Below are positions 13,833-26,436 of a stretch of DNA of 64,000 nt, piece by piece; positions within the stretch are counted from its first letter, which is position 1; every line of letters begins with the position of its first letter. The notes beneath the pieces are model-generated. The model had not been told where the DNA came from. It did no database searches and saw only the letters and a list, made by a program, of their open reading frames with translations. This stretch comes from Pristiophorus japonicus (taxonomy: Eukaryota), in contig NC_091988.1 of the NCBI RefSeq assembly GCF_044704955.1, positions 75,392,001-75,456,000 on the forward strand, written 5' to 3'. The translations under genes were made by a program, and so were the position numbers.

Positions 13833-14111
13833 ACATAAGTACATAAGTACATAAGTAATAGGAGCAGGAGTATGCCATAAGGCCCCTCGAGCCTGCTCCG
13901 CCATTCAATAAGATCATGGCTGATCTGATCATGGACACAGCTCCACTTCTCTGCCCGCTCAAAAATCTGTCTATCTCCGCCTTAAATATATTCAATGGCC
14001 CAGCCTCCACAGCTCTCTGGGACAGCGAATTCCACAGATTTGCAACCCGCTGAGAGAAGAAATTTCTCCTCATCTCAGTTTTAAATGGGCGGCCCCTTAT
14101 TCTAAAACTAT
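13833..14111 (-). mobile_element. CR1 3' fragment split by two insertions (continues at 17285-17379 and 20694-20725)
   Basis: (ACATAAGT)n tail at 13833-13857. Colinear CR1 sequence resumes exactly after each target-site duplication (TSD). Confidence 0.9.
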
Positions 14112-17100
14112 GGGCTAGAACCTTCACTTTTTTTGCATGCTTAACGCCCACTTTACCACTGAAATGACGTATAACGCCCATATATCGCCCATTTTGGCAC
14201 ACAATGGAAAGTGGCGGGCTTTTCTCGGAAACTTATTGCCGAGCATTATTTTCCCAATGGGCTTAACGACGAGAAAAAATATTACTGCCCGCCCAACTTT
14301 TTTGGGGCGGAATTAGCAGAATGGGCGATTTCAACGCCCATATTATCACCCAGTGTTACTTTCCTCACGGAATTAACGGCGAGATTCAATATTAACGCCC
14401 GGTGACTGCTTTTTGTCGTAAAGAGCATATTTACCCAAACTAGTGGCCATGGAGATCGCCCACTGTCAATTTCACCAGCTCGCACACATATCATCCAGAA
14501 TATCGGCCCGCTCAAAAAACCGCCCACAAAAAAGTGGAACTAACTGGGATGGATGCCAGTGGTGTGGCTGGCATTTGTTAACTCCCACTCTTACGTGAGG
14601 AGCTGATATCGGAAAGATTTACCTGAAAGAGCGCTGATGTGAGTGACAACGCTGACACACTGCTGTGTGTGTGCAGCTCAGACATCAATGGTGCCCATCA
14701 CCTTGGTGCCAGTTAAAGTTTACGTTGATTGATGTTATGTTGTATTTAACCCTTTCATGGTAAGGAATCACCAGTGTGTAATGGTCCAGCTATCTGAGAC
14801 AATGCGCAACAAGGTTACGTTCAATAACAAAAGTTTAATACCAACATTGGTCTGAAATCATAAGTATCACAGACAATAACACCCAACCCCCGCCAACACC
14901 CAACTTTTTCCACCATTGCCATAAATCACATGTTCAACATGTCCACCAACACAGAATACAAAGGCAAAGCAGGAACGTGGTCCCCAGCCCCAATACATTA
15001 CAACAAATTGCATACATTCAGATGGAGATATAACATAGCCATCATCTGCGCACATGCACCTCACTTTCCTTTCCCCCTCTCCTTCTCCACACCTCTACCC
15101 TTTCCCCTCCTCGTTCCACGGCGCCTGGCCGAGGAGCTCCTCAGGCAGTGCCTCATTGGGGGGGTGAAGGCAGATGCGGTGGTTGCACGGGTACGGGAGC
15201 AGGAGGTGCCGATGGGGCAACATTCTCTGATGCAGAAGCAAGATCTTGGTCCTTGCTCTCATCTGTCGTTCGCAGGGGTGAGGCGGAACCTAGGAGTGGA
15301 GTGCTGCACTCGGGGACCACTGGGAGGCCAGTGGCAGCAGTGTTCCTGGCTATCGCAGCCAGGGACTCCACCATGCATGGAAAGTACTCGGTCATGGTGG
15401 CCAGCTGTCGGGATATGCCCCCCAGTGCTTCGATGAGCTGGTCACCAATGTCTGCAGTCCTCCTGGACAACTGTACCATCTCTCCGCTGTCATGTCGCGC
15501 TCGTGGAACAGACCTTCCGCGTCCACGAGGCCTCCGCGGGGTCGGCGCCATCCTGGGGACAAATGGGGTGCCCAGTGGAGAGGTGCTTGGGACCGGCACC
15601 TCCAGATTGGAGGCGAGAATGACCGGAGGACCACGAGATGGCCTTGGGGTGGAATGGCTTCTGGAGCGTGGCAATGCAGGTTCTTCGAAGTCCGCGCTCT
15701 CATCCGTTGAGAACAGACCCAGCGGATTGATGGGCGACAATCGGAACTCCTCAGCACCAGATCTAGTAGGATCGTCCGCCGACTCCTGCCCCGCGCCCCC
15801 ACCTTCTGGCCTCTGTGTCCTTGCCTGGGGCTGCGCTGCTGGCTGAGCTGCAAGACATAAATGAGGTTATTAGAGGAGAAAGGGGTGCTAGGGTGACAAG
15901 GTAAGTCCAGCGCTACACACAGCATATGCACGACAAAAGCACCACTGCGCTCAAAATCATCACAGATGTCACATTTCATGACCATCAACACATTTGCATT
16001 CCAATGATTTTCATGAGGCCAGCATTATTTATATGACACTTTTAGAAATCATCTATCATATATGATTGGTCGGATATGAATTGGTGTAGCATCTATTGAC
16101 TTTAGATCACACAATGGTGAAAGCTTTACTCACGTGGCATCACTTTAGGGGCTGCAGATGTGTCCGTGGCTGTCCGGGTGTGCTTCCCCATGGGTGTGAG
16201 CACTCGCTCCTCCATCTCAGTGATGTCACTGGGGACAGGTGGCCCCCCCACCCGTTCGCCTCTGCTGGGACCTCATCATCGATAGTTTCTTCTGTAAAAG
16301 ATACCAGGACGACATAGCATGAGATCATTGCGTGATATCATTGCTAGGTATTGTCGCAGACACTGATACAAGACATAAACGACAGATGTAATCATGATTA
16401 TTATGATTATTATCATTCTTTACCGAAAGACGTACACCATGACTGCAGACGTTGAGTAAAACATTCGCGGTCAAAGTGGAAGACCTCACATCTGCTGATA
16501 GTCACTCATGACTGTTACAAATCAAATTATATAAATACATAAGTACATGTAAATCAATGTAATGCTTACTCTTGCGGATCCATCGTTTGCAGCATCGATT
16601 GCCCTCACGCACCTCGTTGGTCGCCGACGAGACCACCTTTGCTATCTCGGTCCATATCCTCTGGTAGGTCTTTGGGGTGGGCTTCCCACACCCTCCCTGT
16701 GTCAAATCACCCCAGCATGACTCGACCTCCTGCAGAAGGGAGGCATTTGCCTCATCCGAGAACCTCCTGGCCTCCAATGTGTTCCTTTCCCACCTCACTA
16801 CTCTCTCCAGCGTCAGTCTCCATAGCGTGCTGAGATGCCTCCTCGTCTCCCTCCATTATGGGGCAAATTCTGTCAAATATGTGGCTGGTAACAGCTAATT
16901 TTTGTTTGCCTACTTGCTAAAGTCTTCCTCCTTCCTCTCAAAGCAGCCACACCACACCCAGACACACCTTAAGTCCCTCTGAGCTCCCTCTCTCTTTGTC
17001 TCCTCTTCTGCGCATGTCATGGTGACCCTTGACCTCCAGAATCGTGGGAATCGAGCGTTGCCATGCCGTTGCTAAGGACGGCCACACTTTACAGCAGAAA

Positions 17101-17284
17101 GCCAGAAAAATTTTACGCTACCGCCCATTTGACTTCGCTCGCGGTAACGTCCATTTTCAAAAATGTAAACTAGCTGTTTTGAGAATGGGCGAGAAGCTGC
17201 CGATCTGAAAACCCTTTTTTACCGCCCACGCCGGAAATAATGCCCATTTTTGGGCGATAACCACAAAAGTGGGGGTTCTAGCAC
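14112..17284 (-). mobile_element. PIF/Harbinger-type DNA transposon, non-autonomous, carrying only a decayed Myb/SANT-like gene
   Basis: TIRs GGGCTAGAACCTTCACTTTT / AAAAGTGGGGGTTCTAGCAC (17/20 match). 3-bp TSD TAT at 14109-14111 and 17285-17287. Myb-like RFSDEANASLL..QRIWTEIAKVV..R....CCKRW. Confidence 0.88.
15153..16857 (-). pseudogene. Harbinger Myb/SANT-like DNA-binding protein gene, three exons (about 16857-16570, 16291-16134, 15847-about 15150), degraded
   Basis: Donors |GTAAGC (16569) and |GTGAGT (16133); acceptors TTTACAG| and CTTGCAG|. Exon 2 reads KKLSMMRSQQRRTGGGPP, a motif typical of these proteins. Frameshifts present. Confidence 0.72.
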
Positions 17285-17379
17285 TATGTACCCTAGTTTT
17301 AGTTCCCCTATGAGTGGAAATATCCTCTCTGCATCCACCTTGTCGAGCCCCCTCATTATCATATAAGTTTCAATAAGAT

Positions 17380-20300
17380 TGTTATGTCTTCAGATGCTCC
17401 AGTAATGACTACACAAGACAATGTGTTGTGCTTGAACTGTAATGACCTTAGTCCATTTAATGTAACTCCAGAGTGAGGATCACACCTGGTGACCTGCCTT
17501 TTATACTCGGGCTGGCACACCTGTACAGGTAACCTACAAGTCTCCCACTGCGGTGCACTCTAGTGGCACACCTTGTAATAGTACAAGCAGTAACAATGTC
17601 GGATACATGACATCACTCTCCCCCAAGTCTTTAGTGCAAATCGCCTTTGCATTGACTGTGCTCTGGGCTTAGTTCTATCTGGTTGACCCTTGGAGGGTCG
17701 TTTCCATCTTGGGTGAGTAGGTGGTGTTTCGTTGGCAGTAGATTTGCTGGTGGTTTCTGTTTGTGTGTCCATGACCACTTCATTCTCTCCCCCCCGCCCC
17801 CCCCACATACAGATTGTGCCGTTGGCTCATTACATTCATTACATTCAAGTCCAAAAAAAATTTGCATTTACAGTATTGCATTCGTGGTACCGTGGTGAGG
17901 TAAGTACATTTGAATGGTGGAATATACCTGGAGTCAGTGCTGGGGCCAGCCCGGTGCGTGAGGACAAACTAGTGCCAGAACTGCTGGATGGTATCCAGGT
18001 AGTCTGATGGCAGCACGGTGGGAACCCGGCTGGCTCAAGTTGCCTGCTCTTGGAGCTTTTGTCGTTGCTCCTAGCATCGGGCAGGTTCACCAATGCCTGT
18101 GACCTCCCTGTCCTCTCCTTGCGCCCCAGGTCGCTGCTGCTCCCTGAGGAGCAGTCGTCTAGCAGTGTACAGGGAACTGCTGACTCGCTTGCCTGGGCGT
18201 AATTTGGATTGGGATCCTGGCTGGTTCCAGTCCCATTTGGGAGACCCATTGTGGGTGACCCTTCGTTCCCGGGTGTAGTCTTGGTGATGATAGGGTCTGG
18301 GGGCTGCGCCTTAGTACAGTTTGCTCTTTCAGGCTCGTGGCGTTTGGTGCCATCTGGTGCCTGAAAGGTGGAGCCTATCGGGGGCAGGGTATTGATACCG
18401 TTGCCGTTGCCCTCCTGAGATCGCTTGCTCTGCAGCTTGTATATATCAGTTGCTTGTGGCCACACTCCGTGGTGCATCACTCTGGTCCCAGGGACGCAGG
18501 CTACAGCATTGGGTAGCTCGCTGAACCTGTGTGCTCCCGATGGATGTTTGCCTGCTGCATTGACTGTATGCAGTTGAAATTCTACATTGCACAACGTTTC
18601 ATTACTTATTGTACATAACCTGTAGCTCTGATTGCAATCGCGCGACTTTACTTTGCTTATTGCATATACACAACTCTGATCATCAATAACACATTTTACA
18701 TCTAACTCACAGTTGCTCTTACATTGATTGTGAGTATGGAACTGTCCCTTTAAGAATGGTGAGTTGCAGGCCTCCTTTAAGAGAGCTTTACTATCTTTAC
18801 CCCAATCCTCTTCTTCGGTTGATGCCACATGTTGCTCCATCAGCGCTGCACTTCGTGGTCTGGCCGCCGCCATCTTTTTCTTCAGCGCCTCACCTCGTGG
18901 TTTGGGCGCCATCTTTTTTTCACCAACAATGTCGACTGCTGTGATCCTCCTCTCCCCGGATTCCCCCACTGAAGCTGAGAAGTCGCCTCTGGGTCCGATT
19001 CTCTTCCTCCGGAATCCTGCCACTGGAGCCTAGAAGGTGCGTTCGTGTCGTCTCGGCTGGATCACCTCCAGGCAGGCATGCTGAGTGGTCTGTGCCCCGG
19101 GTGCTGTGTTGGCCTGCTCTCTGGTGCCGGATCCGACCTCAGGTGAGGGCTTGTTTTGCCTCTGAGTGCAGGGGATGTCGATCGCTAGAGGGATGAAGTC
19201 TTCCCAGCTCCAATGGATCTTCTCCATCCACCTTCTTCCGAGTAGCGTTGGTCCATCACCTGCAACAATCCATAGGGGTAACTTGTGCACTGTGCCATCA
19301 TGGAGTACCTTTACATCCGCACTACCAACGACTGGGATAAGTTCATTGGTGTAGGTGCACAGCTTTGCCTGAGTCGGGACCAACTTGGGTCATTCAGCCT
19401 GATTGTCCCATAGTCTCTCAAAGGCTTCTTGATTCATTACTGGGTGGCTCGCCCCCATGTCCACTTCCATGAAGACTGGAACGCCATTTATCTCGACTTC
19501 TATCCTCAACGGAGAACATTCGGTGGTGCAGGTAAACATGCCATACACCTCATCGTGGGGCTGAGCTGCCTCTCTGAGTATCGCTTCATAATCCACGCTG
19601 GATTCATGGCCATCTGCAGACTCTTCGTCGACACAGTGAGTCATATTTGTTTTACACATTCGCTGGGGGCGGCCCTTTGTGCTGCAGCTTTTGCATACAT
19701 AGTCTTTAAAATGGCACTGGTGAGCCCTGTGATTTCCTCCACAATGCCAGCATGGTGCTACTCGATTAGCACCCCTCGGCAGACTCGAGGGCCTGTTCTC
19801 CCTCCCCTGTTCGACACGTTCTACAGACCAGCCTCTAAAAGGTGCCACTCTGTGCATAGTACTTGCCGGGTTTAAGTCCTGATGATGCATCATCCGCCTA
19901 GAGCCGCAGGTCGAGGTCATGAATGCTTGCCTTACGGAGATGGCCTTCTGTAGTGTGACTGTGGTGTCCACAGATATTAGTTTATGAAGAAGGCCCTCAT
20001 GGCCGATTCCAATGACAAAGATATCTCACAGCACTTCGGTGAGGTGGTCGCCAAAATCACATGGTGCCACCAGCCTCCTGAGGTCTGCAGCATATTTTGC
20101 GATCTCCTGGCCTTCGGGCCGTCGGTATGTATAAAACTGGTGTCTGGCTGTGAGGATGCTCTCTTTGGGCTTGAGTTGTTCTTGGATTAGCTTTACAAGC
20201 TCCTCGTATGTCTTGGTCGTTGTCTTCCCTGGTGCCATCAAGTCCCTGACAAGGCCATAAACAGTGGGCCCACAACTTATTAGCAGGATAGCTCTGCGCT

Positions 20301-20693
20301 TATCAGCCAGTGTGGCCGGATTATTGCCTGCCAGGTCGTTTGCTGTGAAGAGATGGTCGAGCCTCTCCACAAAGGCTTCCCTATCATCACCATCGGCGAA
20401 CTGCTGCAACGTACCAAGAGTAGCCATTTTCACGTGAAGGTCCGTAATCTTGTCGCCAATTGTTATGTCTTCAGATGCTCTAATAATGACTCCACGAGAC
20501 AGTGTGTTGTGCTTGAACTGTAGTGACCTTAGTCCATTTAATGTAACTCCAGAGTGAGGATCACACCTGGTGGCCTGCCTTTTATACTCGGCCTGGCACA
20601 CCTGTACAGGCAACCTACAAGTCTCCCACTGTGGTGCTCTCTAGTGGCACACCTTGTAATAGTACAAGCAGTAATCATGTAGAATACATGACA
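17380..20693 (-). mobile_element. Ty3/Gypsy-like LTR element (3.3 kb): gag, protease and an unknown region; no RT, RNase H or integrase
   Basis: 233-bp LTRs at 17380-17612 and 20461-20693 (TG..CA). TSD AAGAT. PBS TGGCGACAAG next to 20460; PPT at 17613-17624. Zinc knuckle CWHCGGNHRAHQC and protease VDMGAS. Confidence 0.93.
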
Positions 20694-20970
20694 AAGATCA
20701 CCTCTCATTCTTCTGAACTCCAATGATTTCTACCCCTGACCCACACCTACCTCCTCCTTTACTATGTCCTTGGTGAAGACAGATGCAAAGTACTCATTAA
20801 TACCTCAGCCATACACTCCATGTGTAGCTCTCCTTTTTGGTCACTAATCGGCCCCACTCCTCCTCTTACTACACGTTCCCACTCCTGATCAGTGGCCAAT
20901 GAGGTGAGGTGAGGACAGGATTGGGCTCAGGTGTGATACCCACACGGTCGAACAGCTCTCAGATGTCTGA

Positions 20971-21100
20971 GGGGTGAAATGGGTCAACGCCAGGAGCACG
21001 AAACCGGCTGATCGTGAATCGGCCGCCCGTCCCACACCGTAGCCGATCTTTGTTTCCATTGGGTGGGAAGCGACGCAGAGAGGGCTGGCGATTGGGCCCC
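20971..21100. mobile_element. Candidate 130-bp Harbinger-like MITE
   Basis: Flanked by TGA on both sides; imperfect termini GGGGTGAAAT...ATTGGGCCCC; CpG-rich body. Confidence 0.4.
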
Positions 21101-21614
21101 TGAACGTCTCGGCTCATGTGTACGGCGAGTGAGCAGCCGGCACCCATGGAACTGTACCCTGGAGGAGGAGAGGAGAGAGAATCGAAGGTAGAGGGGATCA
21201 GTGATGGCCGGTGTGTCACTCTGCTAGTCTACAGAGCAGCGCCTCGCTCTTTCCGTGACTCCTTGGGAAGGCGGGAGGTGGTGGGTGACGGTGGGCCGGA
21301 GGGGGGGGAGGGGGGTGCGGTGGGGGGGAAGAGGTGGCGAGGTGAAGGGATGTAGAAAGAGAATTCCAGACTCTTGGGATGTGGAGGCTGAAGACTCTGC
21401 CACTGATGGCGGGGTGGGGTGGGGAACGAGCAGAGGGAATGAACTCCCAGGGGCATAGCTTACAAGGCATAATGTGGTAGAGCTGCTAATGTAGCACTGG
21501 AGACAACCTACAAGCAGTTATTTACCTGCCCTCTTCTCATATAGATATATAGAAAAGGTAATAAAATAGAATAATGTGCAAATTCATTCCATTTTGTTCC
21601 AACGGGCCACTTAC

Positions 21615-21751
21615 CATGGAATGTGCAAATAGGAAAAGCTTTAGGCATGAGTGATGGGTCTTCACAATGTCAATGTGCTGCAGGCAGTCCCGGACATATA
21701 CGCTGAAATCAGACACAGCCATCCGCTTGCCTTCACTCTGCCCATGGCCAA
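21615..21751 (-). CDS. mgll: MGLL-like paralog A, coding exon 3 (137 nt; V-GHGQSEGKRMAVSDFSVYVRDCLQHIDIVKTHHSCLKLFLFAHSM), contains the catalytic Ser
   Basis: Acceptor TTACGCAG|, donor ATG|GTAAGT. GHGQSEG motif and the nucleophile elbow xHSM(G). Confidence 0.95.
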
Positions 21752-21899
21752 CTGCGTAAGGAGGGAAAAGAACAATAGATAGAGGCATTAAACAATGGGG
21801 TGGAGAGATCTCTCAAAGGCTCAGTGAGGCGTACGGACCAGGAGAGTGCTCAGATCACTCTCCTCAGCTGGGGCTAATGTTGTAAAACTACTGTCACAT

Positions 21900-22315
21900 A
21901 AAGAAAGGAAGACTTGCATTTATATAGCGCCTTTCATGACCATCGGACATCTCAAAGCGCTTTACAGCCAATGAGGTCCTTTTTGAAGCGCAGTCACTGT
22001 AGTAACATGGAAACTTGGCAGCCAATTTGCTCACAGCAAGCTCCCTCAAACAGCAATGTGATGATGACCAGACAATCTGATTTAGTAAATATTGGCCCAG
22101 GACACTGGGGAGAACTCCCCTGCTCTTCTTCAAAATAGTGCTGAGGGATCTTTTACATCCAGCTGAGAGGGCAGATGGGGCCTCAGTTTAACGTACCACC
22201 CGAAACACGGCACCTCAGACAGTGCAGCGCTCCCTCAGTACTGCACTGGAGTGTCCGTGAAACTCGAGTGCACAACCTTCTGATGAGGCAAGAGTGCTAT
22301 CCACTGAGCCACGAC
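21900..22315 (-). mobile_element. Deu-domain tRNA-SINE, near full length
   Basis: Same head, core and tail as the copies at 25510, 34826 and 41710. Confidence 0.82.
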
Positions 22316-23236
22316 TATGTTATCCCTTCATAAACTGATGCTCTAGTTAATCAGAGAAGCTAACCTCAGATCTTATTGTCTGCGATACAAGGCTGGAGGC
22401 TCCGATCTAATCGGTATTGGGGAATTTTTTGACACTTTTTAAAAATGTAACTGGGACTTTCCCTTCGTCAGTAACTGGCGGGGATGTGGAATGAGGCATC
22501 ACATAATATAATTACGTCACTAGCGACCCTGAAGAATTCTGTGCTTTCAAAAGAAAATTGACAAGTATTTGGGTTCCCCCTGTGGGTCATTTCACCGCCG
22601 TGGAGAAGTAGCCCGCCCCCAAAGCACAGGAAGATCCCAGGTTCGCTCGCTGGGCATTGCTGAGTCTACCCTTATCAGCTTGGGCGGCAGTTGGGGTGCT
22701 CTAAACGGCCTCAGTCCCACCAGAAGTCCTTCTCCAGTGACCCCTGATGGGAGGTGTGTGTTCGTGGACATTGGGGTTGAGTACAGGGTGGGACTTGGTC
22801 CTTTCCCAGTCAAGCAGGCCCACAACACTGCCTGTCTGGCCTCACACATGGGGTCGACTCAATTGGAGCCTACGGAACTACACTCGGCAGGAGTCAAGGC
22901 CATCTTGGGGCGGGGGAATAAACCTGGGAGCAAAGAGAGGCCCCTCCACCATAACCCTGGAGTTGCTCCTTCAGCCACTTCACACCTGCCCTTTGAAGCT
23001 CCCCGCCTAGTTCCCTCTGCCTAGCCACTTTATTCCCAACTGTTAAAATCCTCCTCAAAACACAGCTCCAGACCCCCAGTCATCTCCATGTTACCCTTCC
23101 CTTCCCCACAACTTGCTCAGTGTCTAATGTTCTGCCTCCCTGACATCGACAGGCTTTGAGACTTCTTCCTACGTGTATGGAGTACTATAGAAACGGACGC
23201 TGTTGTAAAACATAAGAGCCCGGATTTAATGTGTTT

Positions 23237-24545
23237 TTATTCGTTCCTGGAATGTGGGTGTCGCCGGCATTTATTGCCCATCCCTAACTGCCCTGAGAAG
23301 GTGGTGGTGAGCCGCCTTCTTGAACCGCTGCAGTCCGTGTGGTGAAGGTGCTCCCACAGTGCTGTTAGGGAGGGAATTCCAGGATTTGCCCCAGCGACGA
23401 TAAAGGAACGGCCGATATATTTCCAAGTCAGGATGGTGTGTGACTTGGAGGGGAACTTGGAGGTGGGGGTGTTCCCATGCGCCTGTTGCCCTTGTCCTTC
23501 TAGGTGGTAGAGGTCGCAGCTTTGGGAAATGTTGCCAAAGAAGCCTTGGTGATTTGCTGCAGTGCATCTTGTAGATGGTACACACCGCAGCCACGGTGCG
23601 CCGGTGGTGGAGGGTGTGAATGGGTGGTGGATGGGGTGCTTGTAGAAAATGGAAAGGATTTGAGGAGTTTGGAGGTGAATACCCAGCCTCTGACGTGCTC
23701 TTGTAGCCACAGTATTTATGTGGCTGTTCCAGTTAAGTTTCTGGTCATTGTTGACCCCCCAGGATGTTGATGGTGGGGAATTTGGCAATGGTAATGCCAT
23801 TGAATGTTAAGGGGCCGTGGTTGAACTCTCTCTTGTTTGTGATAGTCATTTCATAGCACTTATGTAGCGTGAATGTTACTTGTCACTATCAGCCCAAGTC
23901 TGAATGTCGTCTAGGTCTTGCTACCTGCTGGCACGGACTGTATCATTATCTGAAGAGTTGTGAATGGAACTGACCACTGTGCAATCATCAGCGAACATCC
24001 CCACTTCTGATCTTATGATGGAGGGAAGATCATTGATGATGCAGCTGAAGATAGTTGGGCCTAGGACACTGCCTGAGGAACTCCTGGGACTAAGATAATT
24101 AACTTCCAACCACCACAAACATCGTTTTATGTGCTAGGTGTGACTCCAGCCAGTGGAGAGTTTACCCTTTGATTCCCATTGACTTCAGTTTAACTAGGGC
24201 TCCTTGATACCACACTCGGTCAAATGCTGTCTTGATGTCAAGGGCAATCACCTCACCTCTGGAATTCAGCTCTCTGTTGTCTATGTTTGGACCAAGGCTG
24301 TAATGAGGTCTGGAGCCGAGTGGTGATGGCTGAAACCCAAACTGAGCATCGGTGAGCAGGTTATCGGTGAGTAAGTGCCACTTGATAGCACTGTTGACGA
24401 CACCTTCCATCACTCTGCTGATGATTGAGAGTAGACTGATGGGGCGATAATTGGCCAGATTGGATTTGCCCTGCTTTTTGTGGACAGGGCATACCTGGGC
24501 AGTTTCCCACATTGTCGGAGAGATGCCAGTGTTGTAGTTGCTTTG
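23237..24545 (-). mobile_element. Non-LTR retrotransposon fragment (CR1/L2-group, distinct family), RT and 3' end
   Basis: NYRPISLLSIISRVME, ALDIKTAFDRVW, SVLGPTIF..MFADD. Related pieces at 6900-7065, 29992-30510, 42150-42310, 62035-62290 and 63830-64000. Confidence 0.88.
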
Positions 24546-25509
24546 GGTCACATTCGAGGTGTGCGGGGATCTCCATAGATTCCTCAGCATGAGACCTGGA
24601 CCAATTTATCTCCCAAGCCTCATTTGCATTTATCTGCACAATCTCCTGCCCGAGCACTCATCCGTGTTTTTGTTCTCTCCAGACTCGACTATTGCAAAGC
24701 TCTCCCGTCGGCCCTCCCACCTTTCACCCTCCACAAACTTGAGCTCATCCGAAACTCTAACTTCTATTCTCTGCGTAAAGATTTTTACAGCACAGAAAGA
24801 GGCCTTAGGGCCCAGCTTGACTGCACTGACTCCTTGATAGAGTTATCCCATTTGTCTCACTCCCCCTGCTCTTTTCCCCATGGACCTGCCAATTTTTCTT
24901 TATCGAGCATATCATTTACTTATCCTTTTCAGGTATATATTCAAATCACTTTTGAATATTTCATCCCTAATCGAGTAAACAACACTGAATGCGTCAAATT
25001 AAGTTTTACACTTGATGTTGTTAGCCTGTTCTGACATTATTAAAATAAGTGTGCTTCCCGTTGATAGACCGTACAGAAATTCAGACAGATCTGAGTCGAT
25101 ATTCTGTTTTAAGAGCCCAGGTTATACAGATCAAAGTCAATCCAAGTGCTGAGCTTGCTGGCTGCACATCAGGTACCTGAAAGAACTGAGATTTTATACT
25201 GAAATAATAGCTGCCAGGCTGAGCTGTACAGATCGGGAAGATCCCAGTTTGTGCCTGCACTGTGCTCCTTCCCAAGGGACTGCACCTTGAGGTGGTGGGA
25301 AGGCCTGAGCATTCCTATGACCCAGCCAGCAGGATAACTCCTGGTCAGGCTGCCCAAGCCAGACAGGTCGACAGGTAGGAGCCAGACTAAAGGCCAGTCT
25401 TCCAGCTCTCCTGGTACGGCTTTGCGAGTCAGGCTGATGACCGGCCCACTATCAAAATGGCTCGTTTCAGAAATAACACAGAGAAATCTGCTACACACCT
25501 ACAGATACA

Positions 25510-25810
25510 CTGGTGGCTCAATGAATAGCACCCTCGCCTCTGAATCAAAAGGTTGTGGGTTCAAGTCCCACTCCAGAGACTTGAGCGCAAAATCTAGGCC
25601 AACACTGCAGTGCTGAGGGAATGCTGCATTGTCTGAGCTGCTGCTTCTTGGAGGAAATGTTAAACCGAGGTCCCATCTGCTCTCTGAGGTGAATGTAAAA
25701 GATCCCATAGCATAACAGTGACTGCACTTCAGCATAGAAAGTGCTTCATTGGCTGTAAAGCATTTTGGGACATCCTGAGGTTGTGAAAGATGAAAAATAT
25801 ACAAGTTTTT
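25510..25810 (+). mobile_element. Deu-domain tRNA-SINE with internal deletion
   Basis: Head tggctcaatgaatagcaccctcgcctctgaatcaaaaggttgtgggttcaagtccc. Confidence 0.8.
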
Positions 25811-26436
25811 CTGTCAGGTGAAAATGAGATCGGGTTTTGCTGCGATGCCCTACACGGATGATTGTCTGCTGTCACTCACATGTCTCGACCCAGACGCAAA
25901 GGGCAGAGCCCCGACAAGGATCAGCACTTTCAGGAGCTGCAAAGACGCAGGCTGCAGAGGTGCCCAGGTGCCCGCTCCCCACACTCAGCCAGCAGGGTCC
26001 CGAAGGTAAGCTCTCTTGGATTGATTCAGGCCTCCAGCCAATGGGAAGACCCGTTGCTGCCAGTACCAGGGGGATTTAGTGCAGTATAAAAATTGGTGAG
26101 TGGGAGATGAGAATCACAGAAACTTACAGCGCAGGAGGAGGCCATTCAGCCCATCGTCCCCGCGTTTTGTACGGAACCCTGTAAGTTCCTCATCCTCAAG
26201 CACTTGTTCAACTTAAAATTATTTATCAAATCAGCTCCCACCACATTTTCAGGTAGAGCGTTCCAGATCCTGACAACTCTGAGTGAAGAAATGTCTCCTC
26301 ATCTCTCTGGATCGTTTGCAATGATTTTAAATCTAGTTGTTCATCCACCCACCAGAGGGAATTGGTTTTCTCGATCTACTCTATGAAAACCTCTCACCAT
26401 TTTGAAAAACTCTATTAGTTGACCTATTGACCCACA

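Noticed and set aside
25510-25580. tRNA genes (also near 6240, 34830 and 41715)
   Set aside because: These are tRNA-like SINE heads running directly into SINE bodies, with no complete cloverleaf.
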